This document shows, in pieces, positions 45,701 to 58,326 of a stretch of DNA of 64,000 bases (position 1 is its first letter; each line of letters opens with the position of its first letter). Made by a program: the position numbers and the translations under genes. This stretch comes from Macrostomum lignano (Eukaryota), in assembly GCA_002269645.1 (NCBI GenBank), contig NIVC01004407.1, positions 1 to 64,000 on the forward strand, given 5' to 3'. The notes beneath the pieces were generated by a model. That model made no database searches and was not told the origin of the DNA. It was given only the letters and a program-made list of their open reading frames with translations.

Positions 45701-46932
45701 TCCCAATTTGGGAAGACTCATTAATCCATTGTCCAATTTGGGAGATTTCATTAATCCATTTCCCAATTTAGGAGATTTCATTAATCCATTTTCCAATTTG
45801 TGAGATTTCCAAGAATCCATTTCCTAATATGGGGAGATTTCATTAATCCATTTCCCAATTTAGAAAGATTCATTAATCCATTGTCCAATTTGTGAGATTT
45901 CCAAGAATCCATTTCCTAATATGGGGAGATTTCATTAATCCATTTCCCAATTTGGAAAGATTCATTAATCCATTGTCCAATTTGTGAGATTTCCAAGAAT
46001 CCATTTCCTAATATGGGGAGATTTCATTAATCCATTTCCCAATTTGGAAAGATTCATTAATCCATTGTCCAATTTGTGAGATTTCCAATAATCCATTTCC
46101 CAATATGGGGAGATTTCATTAATCCATTTCCCAATTTGGAAAGATTCATTAATCCATTGTCCAATTTGGGAGATTTCCAAGAATCCATTTCCTAATATGG
46201 GGAGATTTCATTAATCCATTTCCCAATTTGGAAAGATTCATTAATCCATTGTCCAATTTGTGAGATTTCCAAGAATCCATTTCCTAATATGGGGAGATTT
46301 CATTAATCCATTTCCCAATTTGGAAAGATTCATTAATCCATTGTCCAATTTGGGAGATTTCCAAGAATCCATTTCCTAATATGGGGAGATTTCATTAATC
46401 CATTTCCAATTTGGAAAGATTCATTAATCCATTGTCCAATTTGTGAGATTTCCAAGAATCCATTTCCTAATATGGGGAGATTTCATTAATCCATTTCCCA
46501 ATTTGGAAAGATTCATTAATCCATTGTCCAATTTGTGAGATTTCCAAGAATCCATTTCCTAATATGGGGAGATTTCATTAATCCATTTCCCAATTTGGAA
46601 AGATTCATTAATCCATTGTCCAATTTGGGAGATTTCCAAGAATCCATTTCCTAATATGGGGAGATTTCATTAATCCATTTCCCAATTTGGAAAGATTCAT
46701 TAATCCATTGTCCAATTTGTGAGATTTCCAATAATCCATTTCCCAATTTAGGAGATTTCATTAATCCATTTCCCAATTTGGAGATTCATTAATCCATTGT
46801 CCAATTATGGAGATTTCCATTAATCCATTTCCCAATATGGGAGATTTCATTAATCCATTTCCCAATTTGTGAGATTTCCAATAATCCATTTCCAATTTAG
46901 GAGATTTCATTAATCCATTTCCAATTTGGAAA
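42800..46932. repeat. 92-bp higher-order satellite of three diverged ~30-bp subunits (31+29+32), locally monomeric at ~45520-45790
   Basis: Period of 92 measured (42971 vs 43063); the array runs into the assembly gap. Confidence 0.95.
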
Positions 46933-47854
46933 NNNNNNNNNNNNNNNNNNNNNNNNNNNNNNNNNNNNNNNNNNNNNNNNNNNNNNNNNNNNNNNNNNNN
47001 NNNNNNNNNNNNNNNNNNNNNNNNNNNNNNNNNNNNNNNNNNNNNNNNNNNNNNNNNNNNNNNNNNNNNNNNNNNNNNNNNNNNNNNNNNNNNNNNNNNN
47101 NNNNNNNNNNNNNNNNNNNNNNNNNNNNNNNNNNNNNNNNNNNNNNNNNNNNNNNNNNNNNNNNNNNNNNNNNNNNNNNNNNNNNNNNNNNNNNNNNNNN
47201 NNNNNNNNNNNNNNNNNNNNNNNNNNNNNNNNNNNNNNNNNNNNNNNNNNNNNNNNNNNNNNNNNNNNNNNNNNNNNNNNNNNNNNNNNNNNNNNNNNNN
47301 NNNNNNNNNNNNNNNNNNNNNNNNNNNNNNNNNNNNNNNNNNNNNNNNNNNNNNNNNNNNNNNNNNNNNNNNNNNNNNNNNNNNNNNNNNNNNNNNNNNN
47401 NNNNNNNNNNNNNNNNNNNNNNNNNNNNNNNNNNNNNNNNNNNNNNNNNNNNNNNNNNNNNNNNNNNNNNNNNNNNNNNNNNNNNNNNNNNNNNNNNNNN
47501 NNNNNNNNNNNNNNNNNNNNNNNNNNNNNNNNNNNNNNNNNNNNNNNNNNNNNNNNNNNNNNNNNNNNNNNNNNNNNNNNNNNNNNNNNNNNNNNNNNNN
47601 NNNNNNNNNNNNNNNNNNNNNNNNNNNNNNNNNNNNNNNNNNNNNNNNNNNNNNNNNNNNNNNNNNNNNNNNNNNNNNNNNNNNNNNNNNNNNNNNNNNN
47701 NNNNNNNNNNNNNNNNNNNNNNNNNNNNNNNNNNNNNNNNNNNNNNNNNNNNNNNNNNNNNNNNNNNNNNNNNNNNNNNNNNNNNNNNNNNNNNNNNNNN
47801 NNNNNNNNNNNNNNNNNNNNNNNNNNNNNNNNNNNNNNNNNNNNNNNNNNNNNN
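46933..47854. other. Assembly gap (922 N)
   Basis: Run of N. Confidence 1.
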
Positions 47855-48180
47855 ATTGTACTTTAGACTGGTATCTTAACCATTGTACTTTAGTCTGGCA
47901 TCTAAAACTATTGTACTTTAGTCTGGCATCTAAAACTATTGTACTTTAGTCTGTATCTTAACCATTGTAATTTAGTCTGGCATCTAAAACTATTGTACTT
48001 TAGTCTGGCATCTTAACCATTGTACTTTAGTCTGGTATCTAAAACTATTGTACTTTAGTCTGGCATCTTAACCATTGTACTTTAGTCTGGTATCTAAAAC
48101 TATTGTACTATAGTCTGGCATCTTAACCATTGTACTTTAGTCTGGCATCTTAACCATTGTACTTTAGTCTGGTATTTTAA
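47855..48180. repeat. 31/32-bp intronic minisatellite (AACCATTGTACTTTAGTCTGGCATCT-type), shared with the paralog at 62184-62900
   Basis: Visible. Confidence 0.92.
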
Positions 48181-48193
48181 CCAGTGCACTTAC

Positions 48194-51100
48194 ATATTTA
48201 TTAACGAACGGGAACAGAACTCCCATTGAAAACAGTCCAAGCAATGGGGCCACAAACGAACCAGTGAAAGCAAGCGATGCCTGAAGCACCGTTCCACCGA
48301 ATCGAGTCGAAATTAGGCCCATTAATACCGCTGAGACTCCATAGCACACGACTGAAACAGATATAATAGCGGAAATATTGGTCGGAAAGCAGTACGTTGC
48401 AGCCAGCTTCCAACAGCAGTCACAGAGACATCTGTAGTTTTCGGCTGTGTCAGCTGGCGCCTTTCTGTAGCTAGCGCCTCCCTCTGTAGCTAGCGCCTCC
48501 CCTCTGTAGCTGGCGCCCCCTCTGCAGCTGGCGCCTTTCTGTAGCTAGCACCTTCCCTCTGCAGCTAGCGCCTCCCCTCTGCAGCTAGCACCTCCCCTCT
48601 GTAGCTAGCGCCTCCCCTCTGTAGCTGGCACCCCCTCTGCAGCTGGCGCCTTTCTGTAGCTAGCGCCTCCCCTCTGTAGCTAGCGCCTCCCCTCTGCAGC
48701 TAGCGCCTCCCCTCTGTAGCTGGCGCCTCCCCTCTGTAGCTAGCGCCTCCCCTCTGTAGCTAGCGCCTCCCCTCTGTAGCTAGCGCCTTCCTCTGTAGCT
48801 GGCCCCCTCTGTAGCTGGCGCCCCCTCTGCAGCTAGCGCCTCCCCTCTGTAGCTAGCGCCTTCCCTCTGTAGCTGGCGCCCCCTCTGCAGCTAGCGCCTC
48901 CCCTCTGTAGCTAGCGCCTTCCCTCTGTAGCTGGCGCCCCCTCTGTAGCTGGCGCCCCCTCTGCAGCTAGCGCCTCCCCTCTGTAGCTAGCGCCTTCCCT
49001 CTGTAGCTGGCGCCCCTCTGCAGCTAGCGCCTCCCCTCTGTAGCTAGCGCCTTCCCTCTGTAGCTGGCGCCCCCTCTGTAGCTGGCGCCCCTCTGCAGCT
49101 AGCACCTCCCCTCTGCAGCTAGCGCCTCCCCTCTGTAGCTGGCGCCTCCCCTCTGTAGCTGGCGCCCCTCTGCAGCTAGCGCCTCCCTTCTGCAGCTAGC
49201 GCCTCCCCTCTGTAGCTGGCGCCCCCTCTGTAGCTGGCGCCCCCTCTGCAGCTAGAGCCCCCCCCTCTGTAGCTAGCGCCTCCCTCTGTAGCTGGCGCCT
49301 CCCCTCTGCAGCTAGAGCCCCCCTCTGCAGCTAGAGCCCCCCTCTGCAGCTAGAGCCCCCCTCTGCAGCTAGCGCCTCCCCTCTGTAGCTGGCGCCCCTC
49401 TGCAGCTGGCGCCCCCTCTGCAGATGTAGTTTCAGCAAAGAAACTGAAGCTATTTAATTTTTTCCAACCGGGGAAAGAGCCGAAATTTTAAAGTATTTCG
49501 CGTGCATTTTTTGTTTTGCCTGCCTAATTGATGTTCATATTCAATATTCAATTCAATTGGGAAATATTCAAAGTTTTTATTTTCTGCATCCCTCGTTTTG
49601 GTTCCTGATTGAAACCTAAGTTGAAAATTAAAAATTGTTTTAAAAAATTAGACAGCCGTTTTTGGCTTTTTTGCTACGACTAGCTGAATGAATTGGAGGA
49701 CAAATCGCTATTCAGTCAGGGAAAGGGATTACAGCCCATAACTCTAGCAGTAAGCACAGCAGTCTCTTACTAAACAGGCGGTTGATCCACGTAGCTTTAG
49801 CCTCGTAGCGTTCAGGCACCAGTAGGGCTTGAAAAAATCTTCCCATGTTGTGGCAGCCAGCGCGCTCAAGGATGACGATACCGAACTGCAACACAATGGC
49901 ATCAGCAGCATTCAATGCCTAATGTTTAATGGGTGAAACTGAAAGGGAGAAAAAGCATTTAGTTTCAAGAGCTGCTCACACAAGAACCCTTCCTTACCTC
50001 AGGGCTCCGGCGAATAGCGAAGCGATGAATAGGCCAGGAACCACTGGTATGCTGAGGTTTTCCATCACATAGAATGGAACGATCTGTACTGAAAAAACAC
50101 ACGCGATCATGTTAATATGCTAAATACATATATGCTCGTATATATTATGAAGTTTATTGTTGCTTTTGTATTAAAGACAGTGCTGCGTGCACCCTGGCGC
50201 ACTTTAAGCGACATTGTCACACAACCGGCGAGAGGCATCACTGCCCATTCCGCCGACTCCCCTGAGCAGGCACACAAGCGTGCGGATACGTACGCAGTCA
50301 TACGCACAGGCACACACTCACACAGGAGTGCACAGCGGCCCTAACTTTATTTATCGTTAGGCATGTACACTTCACTGTGCCTTGGGGTTGGCCCTCAAGC
50401 TGGGCGTTAATTGCACGAGCAGAGCCAAGCCGAGATTCCAATTTAGCCGCAAATTAATGCGACTGCACTTGGAATCGAGCCTGGGTCGCTGGCACATCAG
50501 AGCGCCGCGCCAGACCACTGGGCTACGGCCCCCCCGCACATGTACCATGCCTAAAAATCATAAAAAGGCTACAGCCCCCCCGCACATGTACCATGCCTAA
50601 AAATCATAAAAAAGGCTACGGCCCCCCGCACATGTACCATGCCTAAAAATCATAAAAAAGGCTACGGCCCCCCGCACATGTACCATGCCTAAAAATCATA
50701 AAAAAGGCTACGGCCCCCCGCACATGTACCATGCCTAAAAATCATAAAAAGGCTACAGCCCCCCCGCACATGTACCTTGCCTAAAAATCATAAAAAAGGC
50801 TACGGCCCCCCCCCGCACATGTACCATGCCTAAAAATCATAAGAAATAAGACAACTCGACTGATTTCAAGATTCGGGGCCAAAGCTCACATGTGAACTGC
50901 TGTTTAGATTCAACCAGTAGATGTATAAACTTAGAGCCCTGAGTCGATCTTGTGACAATGGTCCGTCTAGTGGTAATAAAAGTAAGAAAGTGGCCACTAG
51001 GGTTGGTCCAAAAATCAACAATTTCTCTAGTTTCATACTGCTACATCTTCATTTCTATTTCTATGTTGTATACTTTTTCATCCCATATTTCTGTTGCCAC

Positions 51101-54100
51101 CCAAAGCAGTTGAAGGTTTCAAACAACTGTAAACTTTGCTGAACTTTGCAGCATGCACTTCAGGTGCTGATTTTTCGTTTTCAGTCTTTACAGCACCAAA
51201 TTCTTCCCAACGACAAATGGAGCAAGTAATCCTGTACAGTACGTGTGTTCTGTTCGATGCTGTTGTTGGTTCACTATAGTTGATCTGTGTCTGTAAATTG
51301 CTCGACTTGCCCCCTGTGAACACTAAAGCCATGCAGTTATTTTCATAGTAAAAAAGCTAGCATTGTTGGACCTGGTTCGAATCCTCGATCCAGCCAGCCG
51401 CGCTGGGGTCGCAGGCGACGTTAGCGTAATATGCGAAAATGATCAGACCCGCCAGGCACGAGGACACCACGAAGAATATGGCGCCGAGAGAGACCAGAAC
51501 GACTGACCTGTGCACAGGGTTTTAAGTAAGTTTTGTTATATTTTGTACTTAAATCTAGTCTTTTTTTCTCCTATGCATAAGCTTTACGTAAAGTTTACAA
51601 ATTTAGCTCAAGGACCACTACTAGCAGTATAATCAAAGATGGTATAACTTTTTTGGGGCCAAAAAGATGAAGATGATACGAGAGCACAGATTATTTTTTT
51701 CCTATTTCTGCAGTGTATTCTTTGACGTAAATTGGCCTTTAAAAAGTACACGATCTGTGAGTGTAGCGTGCTGGTATACTGCTAGTGGTCTATGATTAGC
51801 TGAAATTGATGTACAGCGGCCCGGACTTTCTAATCGTCAGGCTGTACACTTCACTGTGACCTGGGGGTGGCTCTCAGAGCTGTGCATCGCACCACAACCA
51901 GGGCTAGGGCTAGGTGTCATAGCGCGACAGTCAGAGACGCGTTTACTGCTGGGCTGCTGTGCCCTTCCCGCTACGCCTAGCCCATGTCTATGGCCCAAAT
52001 CACAACACAATGAAGAAGTCATAAAATTGGCCACATTTACAATTGAGCCTGCCGCATAGTTTTCACTGAGCAGTACCGCTGCACGGAGGCTTGAAACACG
52101 CCGAATGTGCTGGAGTAGGCGATGCCGTTGCCAACCACAAGACCCCAGACTGTGTGACGAACTCGTGGATCTAAGCTGAAGCTAAAAAATGATGAAGAGA
52201 GTGCACATACGCTATAGAACAAGCGGCCCGCAAAGCCTCTCTATCCGGCCCTCGAGTCCTTTGAAACTTCACAATAACAATGCGGCCTGCTCAGGGATTG
52301 CGTCTCTTCTCAGCTCTTGCTCCTCTCCTCTCCTCTCCTCTCCTCTGCTCTCCTCTCCTCTCCTCTCCTCTCCTCTCCTCTTCTCTCCTCTCCTCTTCTC
52401 TCCTCTCCTCTCCTCTCCTCTCCTCTCCTCTCCTCTCCTCTCCTCTCCTCTCCTCTTCTCTCCTCTCCTCTTCTCTCCTCTCCTCTTCTCTCCTCTCCTC
52501 TTCTCTCCTCTCTCTCTCCTCTCCTCTCCTCTCCTCTCCTCTCCTCTCTCCTCCTCTCCTCTCCTCTCCTCTCCTCTCCTCTCCTCTCCAATCATCTCCT
52601 CTCTCCTACCCCCTCTCCTCTTATCTCTCCTCTCCTCTCTCCTCTCCTCTCTCCTCTACTCTCCACTCTCCTCTCCCCTCACATGCAATACGTAGTAAAA
52701 AGTAGCTTTTAAGATTTGACATCGACATACTTACAAAAACGACGTGTATCCCATTCCATACAGTTGCCTATATTGCTTTAGTAACCAGAGGGGGGGGGGT
52801 CGGCACTGAGGGGACAGGCGGACATGTCCCCCCAGTAAAAGCTTTGGGGTGGACATACCTATGCTTTGCCCTGCACTGCCCCACCTAGTTACCCTGCCTG
52901 CGGCACCAAAATGAGTGCCTGCTGCCTCGCCAAAAACGACACCCCTTTTAGCGACAATTTCATAATTAGTCAGCGCAACTGAAGGTATAAAAACAACACT
53001 ATCGATACTCACTTGTCGAACTCGATGCGACCATATTTATACGATATCTGCCACACATTTCCAATGCCACCCAGGTCAATGAGTCCCTGTAACAGAAATT
53101 AATTGTAAACTATGTAATACAAGATCAAGTTCAAGCATTTTGTTTGATTGAAACTTTCCTATAGTAAACTTTTAACTCACCCGAATAATGATAGCCAAAA
53201 TTCCTGCCGTCATGACTACCGATTGAAATACATCAGTCCAGATCACAGCCTTGAGCCCGCCCTGATTGAAACGGCACAAAGTGAATATTAGAACTTTTTG
53301 GAATAGCGGATTTACTAATAGTGATAATGTGCAACACATATTTACACTCTCTGCGGTGGGGGGAGAGGTTGCCCCTCAGGGCGTGAATCGCATGACAACA
53401 AAGAGTCTATTAAATCTTCTTTAAATCTTCTTTAAATCTTCTTTAAACAGTGCAAGATTCGTCTGCGTCAGCTATTCATAAAAAAATAATAAAAATTAAC
53501 GATAGCGGTTATGACAGAAGTATGCATGTAGAATTACTCGTGTAGTCACTAACCCAGGCTGTGTAGAAAGTGCAGATCACACCGCTCACGGCGATTGACG
53601 CTTCAACAGGGATGGCACCGTTGGAAACTAAAAGTGTTTAACGGATTGCAAAATTATGAATGTCAATATCCATATTTCAATTAAGGTAACAAAAGTATAA
53701 GGCTACTACACATAGAAGACAGGGGAATGGCCGCCAACGAAGAGACAGGGGCGCCAACCGAGAGACAGGGGCGCCAACCGAGAGACAGGGGCGCCAACCG
53801 AGAGACAGGGGCGCCAACCGAGAGACAGGGGCGCCAACCGAGAGATAGGGGCGCCAACCGAGAGATAGGGGCGCCAACCGAGAGACAGGGGCGCCAACCG
53901 AGAGACAGGGGCGCCAACCGAGAGACAGGGGCGCCAACCGAGAGACAGGGGCGCCAACCGAGAGACAGGGGCGCCCACCAAGAGCCAGGGGTGCCCACCA
54001 AGAGACAGGGGCGCCCTCCAAGAGACAGGGGCGCCCACCAAGAGACAGGGGCGCCCACCAAAGCACCAAATAGTGGCGCCCCTAATGATTGCTACCCCCT

Positions 54101-56681
54101 ACAATAAATAAAAGTTCCCGTGTACACACCAGTTAAAAAGTTGAAAGGGTGAGATATTAGGACTTCAGTTCTATTAAGCTGAGAAATTACCATCAATCCC
54201 TACGCTATCAAGCTAATGCATTTTTTCAACGATAAACGACCTACAGTGAAATTTTGCCTAATTTGCAAGTGCAGCACCTTTATTGACTTAAACAGATGCC
54301 TGCATTTCACAATGCGACTTACCATACTGCAAGGCAGTGGCTGGAGCGTACAATGCAATTCCCATGTAGATCACCTGTAAGTTTTTGTCCAATCAGATAA
54401 ATCTATATCAGGTAATAAAGTGTACGTTTAAGATCACAGGCACCTATAAGTTTTAGTAAAAGCCACTATATACTCACGTTATTAATTAGAAGCAGGAAAT
54501 TTCCCATCAGTCGAACAAGACGAGACTTGAATCTCAGCTCGAGATACTGCAATGAAATTACAAAAATTCTTGATGAATGCTTGGCTAGAAAAACTAACGA
54601 CAGTCCCGTGACGTCAGCTATACTGAAAACTCTTAACGACAGTCCCGTGACGTCAGCTATACTGAAAACTCTTAACGACAGTCCCGTGACGTCAGCTATA
54701 CTGAAAACTCTTAGCGACAGTCCCGTGACGTCAGCTATACAGAAAACTCTTAGCGACAGTCCCGTGACGTCAGCTACAGAAAACTCTTAACGACAGTCCC
54801 GTGACGTCAGCTACAGAAAACTCTTAACGACAGTCCCGTGACGTCAGCTACAGAAAACTCTTAACGACAGTCCCGTGACGTCAGCTACAGAAAACTCTTT
54901 ACGACAGTCCCGTGACGTCAGCTACAGAAAACTCTTTACGACAGTCCCGTGACGTCAGCTACAAAAACTCTTTACGACAGTCCTGTGATGTTATAATTAT
55001 ATATTGTAAGGTCTAACTTTTGTGAACTTTTTGCAGTTTTTGATCTCGTTAATAAATGAATTTTTAGCCATAACTTCTTGTGGTTGCACCGCAATCGGCA
55101 AGGGCTACAGTTTCTCACCTCGAACGAGCTCGTCAGTCGCAGCTGATAAAACACCGGCACGAATATCAGAGCCGCCAGAACGCAGCCGATCTGCTCGCCA
55201 AATATTGACAGCACGTACATTGTGCCGTTGAAGTAGATCTCGGCTGGACCCCCGAGGATTAGTATGGCCGAGTTGAACGACACCAACAGTGACAGGGCCA
55301 CTGGGATCACCTGCTGCTTGCGGCCGCCCATTACGAATTCTTCTTTTTCGTCCGAGCCGGCGCTGCCATCTTCTGCGTTGCCTGTGTAAATATAAGTAAG
55401 TAAGTAGTAGAGTTTACTGACATTTCCGCCCAAGATTGTTTCACGAAAGAGAACTTTTTACTGAGGAGTTTGGTAGTTGCATGCTGCCAGCAGTCTTCCT
55501 ACTGTTCTAATAACCATATTATGTAAGACTAAAGCATTAGGACAGTAATCCGAAATACTTAATATTTTAAGAATGTTCAATAATAAACGGACATTCAATA
55601 GTTTCAAAAAGCCCAACTGCTCTATAGTTGTATAGCAACTTTCAAATTCCTTATCTATTCCCAATAACTAGGTCAACATTTCCCACGCTTTAACTACTCC
55701 TAGTAGGGTAAAAGCTAAAAGTAGGGTAATCTACTTAGCAATCTGCCTTATCACGTTTTAAACTTAATGTCAACTTAAGCTCATAAAAAGTGGAGTCTGA
55801 GTAATTTATATACACAAATGGTACATCATTCTGCTCACAGTGACACCAGGAATGTGGATTAGTAAAAAAGTGACAAAAATTGGACCTGGGATAGGAGAGA
55901 ACAAGCAAGGAAATACTTAGGGACTCTACCTTATATGAGCTTAAGTTTACATAATTGTCCCTAATTATCATCTTGCTTGTAAAAGGGCCTCCCCTTTTAA
56001 TTAAATACGTCGAAAAATAACGCTAACGGAATAAGTAAACAGAAAGAGAGGAGGTCAAGAGAGAACTAAAGCCTTTCAAAACGACTTACGTTTGCTTTAA
56101 TGTTAATCAAATAGTTATTATATAAAACAGAAAATACTAATTAAAAAAATTACTTTACTACTTTTGCTAGTAGTGAGTTTCGAATACTAAAGACCCAAAA
56201 AAAGCTCGAAAAAGTGCATATTAAGAACCATTGATCAAGGAAACAATTGATCGAGAAAACTACCGATTGAGGAAACTACCGATTGAGAAAACTACCGATT
56301 GAGGAAACTACCGATCGAGGAAACTATCGATCGAAGAAACTAACCGATCGAAGAAACTACCAAGAGAAAAAGCTACAGATCAGGAAACTACCGATCGAGG
56401 AAACTACCAATCCATAAATTGCATCTTCGGACTATATATGTACGTACATTTACAATCTACATCACAGCTGCAGTACCTTTTCGTCGTCCTATAAAGCTTG
56501 CTACAATCCCGACCGCCAGTGAAGCGGCCAGAAAGACGCCCAGAACCACGTAGTCGACAGGTGAAAACTGATTATTAGTCTGCTGGTGCTTGGTGAAAGC
56601 TCCAGCCCCTTGACGAGATCCCGGTAGAGAGCTCCACAGAGCTTGCGGCACCAGGTTTGACTGCCACAATGGATTGTTCAT
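48194..56681 (-). CDS. SLC5 sodium:solute symporter (SMCT/SMVT/NIS subgroup, SLC5A6/8/12-like), copy A; 3' end lost at the gap
   Basis: Exons 56681-56477, 55381-55119, 54546-54478, 54374-54323, 53627-53554, 53261-53181, 53086-53013, 52181-52041, 51507-51372, 50083-49998, 49885-49771 (1-nt frame break), 48351-48194. Motifs: DYVVLGVFL, EFVMGGR..PVALSLLVSF, GPAEIY, YLELRF, LYAPA, GGLKAVIWTDVFQ, RHTVW, QASVQRY, PGLFIASLFAGALSSVSS, PLLGLFSMG. Confidence 0.92.
48455..49425. repeat. 20-21-bp minisatellite (CTCTGTAGCTAGCGCCTCCC), shared with the paralog at 63170-64000
   Basis: Visible. Confidence 0.95.
50178..50534 (-). mobile_element. tRNA(Ala-like)-derived SINE in an SLC5 copy A intron
   Basis: Reverse complement aligns along its length with 62267-62627: GGGGGCCGTAGCCCAG head, GGCTCGATTCC B-box, shared core and A-rich tail. 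Confidence 0.85.
50519..50843. repeat. ~46-bp minisatellite whose unit contains the SINE 5' end plus flank
   Basis: GGCTACGGCCCCCCGCACATGTACCATGCCTAAAAATCATAAAAAA x7. Confidence 0.92.
51808..51890 (-). mobile_element. Headless remnant of the SINE central core
   Basis: Minus strand GTGCGATGCACAGC.CTGAGAGCCACCCCCAGGTCACAGTGAAGTGTACAGCCTGACGA..GGGCCGCTGTACA matches the core of the other copies. Confidence 0.6.
52320..52680. repeat. (CTCCT)n polypyrimidine microsatellite
   Basis: Visible. Confidence 0.96.
53735..54060. repeat. 20-bp minisatellite (GAGACAGGGGCGCCAACCGA)
   Basis: Visible. Confidence 0.95.
54596..54985. repeat. 39/37-bp minisatellite carrying a perfect CRE palindrome TGACGTCA in each of 10 units
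   Basis: TGACGTCA at 54609, 54648, 54687, 54726, 54765, 54802, 54839, 54876, 54913, 54950. Confidence 0.93.
56235..56410. repeat. ~19-bp minisatellite (ACCGATTGAGGAAACT-type) just after the SLC5 exon-1 donor
   Basis: Visible. Confidence 0.85.
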
Positions 56682-57355
56682 TTTGTTGAAGAGTTTCCTC
56701 GGTCAGACCAATAAACGGTAATCGAATGTTGAAAAAGAAATTTGAGAAAAGTTAAATATTTTATTGAAATGGCTTTAACTACTTACTTAGGCTTCTCTTA
56801 TCACTTCTTTATTTCACTTTTTTAACACAAACCGTTCTATAAAGCGTCTACACCATATGCGCAGTTAGTTTAGAGATTGATAAAGTACGATACAGATAGC
56901 TCGTCAAAAAAAGCTAACGCGTGCAAGGCAAATCAGTGTTTAAAAACTTTCTGAATTTCTGAGGACACACTTTTCTTTTCTAAAGAAAATGAAAAAGCAA
57001 TACCTTGCGTTGTTACCTGCACTTTTAACACAGTCGCTGCAGCAGGATATGAACAGACATTTTTTTTCTTCAACTGTAAACTGTAAAAAATTGAAATCCT
57101 TAAGGTTTCTCTGCCGTATAAGAAGAGTGAGTTAAAGTGACGCAAAAGTATATGCCGTAATCTGCAGTCGGTCATTGCTGAAAAAGGCAAAAACCTCTCC
57201 TTAAAGAATTGTGTCTCTTTTATAGAAATTTTATCGGAACCGAGGGTAGCATCCTAGATCTCTAATAGCTACTTTTGGTTTACCAAGATTTAATAAAAAG
57301 TATGTCTAAAAATAGTTTCTTATTCTTGCGCATACAATTCGAATTCGCGGGTTGT

Positions 57356-58326
57356 TCAAACAGAAGCAGCCACCATGCATTCAAAAGTCTTCATTGAGTA
57401 GTAGTGGTTCAGCGGATAGCCAATGCCTGGGGAAGAGAACGTAAGTCCGTCGGCCCACAACGGCTCAGACAAGTAAAAAGCTGCTGGAGGCGTGAAGTAC
57501 CGACCGTTCGGGTTGAAGCAGTGACAACTGCAGTACCACCAGGCTCCTTGGTAGGTGACTGCGCAGTTACTGGACCATGTGTCTTGATCCTTATCCTGTG
57601 TGCTGAACATCGCATTGTTCATGTAGGCACCAACGGTATGACTGCAAGTTGCAACATTCGACCGACTGACATCAGGCTCTCCGACGCTGACTCGGTATCC
57701 TTGACTGGCGTCCTGCACGGCGAAGTTAGCGTCCTCCCACCAGTAGCGAGTGCCGTTCCAGTCGCCCGGCTCCCACCTCACGCGCCTGTCTCCGGCTCGA
57801 GTGAGCTGGTGGATCGCTTCCAGACCCATCCAGTAGTTTCTGTCCTCGCCCTGTCCGAACTCAGTCAAGTAGTTTGTCCAGTTCCGGTAGAAATCTACCG
57901 AGCCGTCCACTCGGTGCTGGAAGGTTCGCCAGCAGGTTCGTCCGAGCTCGTCCAGCTGTCTCACCTGTAATATCACGGTTAGCCAAATGCATAACGATTG
58001 CAACAGACATTGGAATAAAAATGGATCGCACGGTGAGCACCTACCAGCAGCAGAGGCAGAGTCGAGTTTCTCGCATTGCGGCACTTTCTGCATCCGCTCG
58101 TTCCAAGCTGGCAGCTGTACAATCGACAAGTGTACCGCTCGCGATCGAACTTAATCGCTTGGTGCTGCGGTCTAGCGAGAGTCGCGCACTCCAAGTCGCT
58201 CCGCACGCCAGCCACCGAGCTGTCAAGCTTGTACTCGCTCAGGTCGTCTCTCTGCACGGTCCAGTTGAGCTGCGACGAAGCAGTTCTACACAGCAGAGTG
58301 ATTACTACAAGAAGTTCAGCATTCAT
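57356..58326 (-). CDS. Secreted fibrinogen-related domain protein (FReD) with an N-terminal PAN/apple-like segment, ~296 aa
   Basis: Exon 1 58326-58045 (signal-like MNAELLVVITLLC..; SDLECATL..CRLY), 80-nt GT-AG intron, exon 2 57964-57356. FReD motifs: FQHRVDGSVDFYRNW..Y..FG..YWMGLE.IHQLT, FST.D.D.D..SSNCA..YQGAWWY..CH..NPNG. Confidence 0.88.

Noticed and set aside
46926-47879. 317-aa poly-X ORF
   Set aside because: Assembly gap.
51374-51384. Perfect Pol III B-box GGTTCGAATCC
   Set aside because: It lies within an SLC5 coding exon (EDSNQ on the minus strand) with no A-box or tRNA structure; coincidental.
51613-51790. Imperfect ~17-bp inverted repeat (GACCACTA..GCAGTATA) suggesting a MITE
   Set aside because: Short, gapped match with no clear target-site duplication and no second complete copy in the window.
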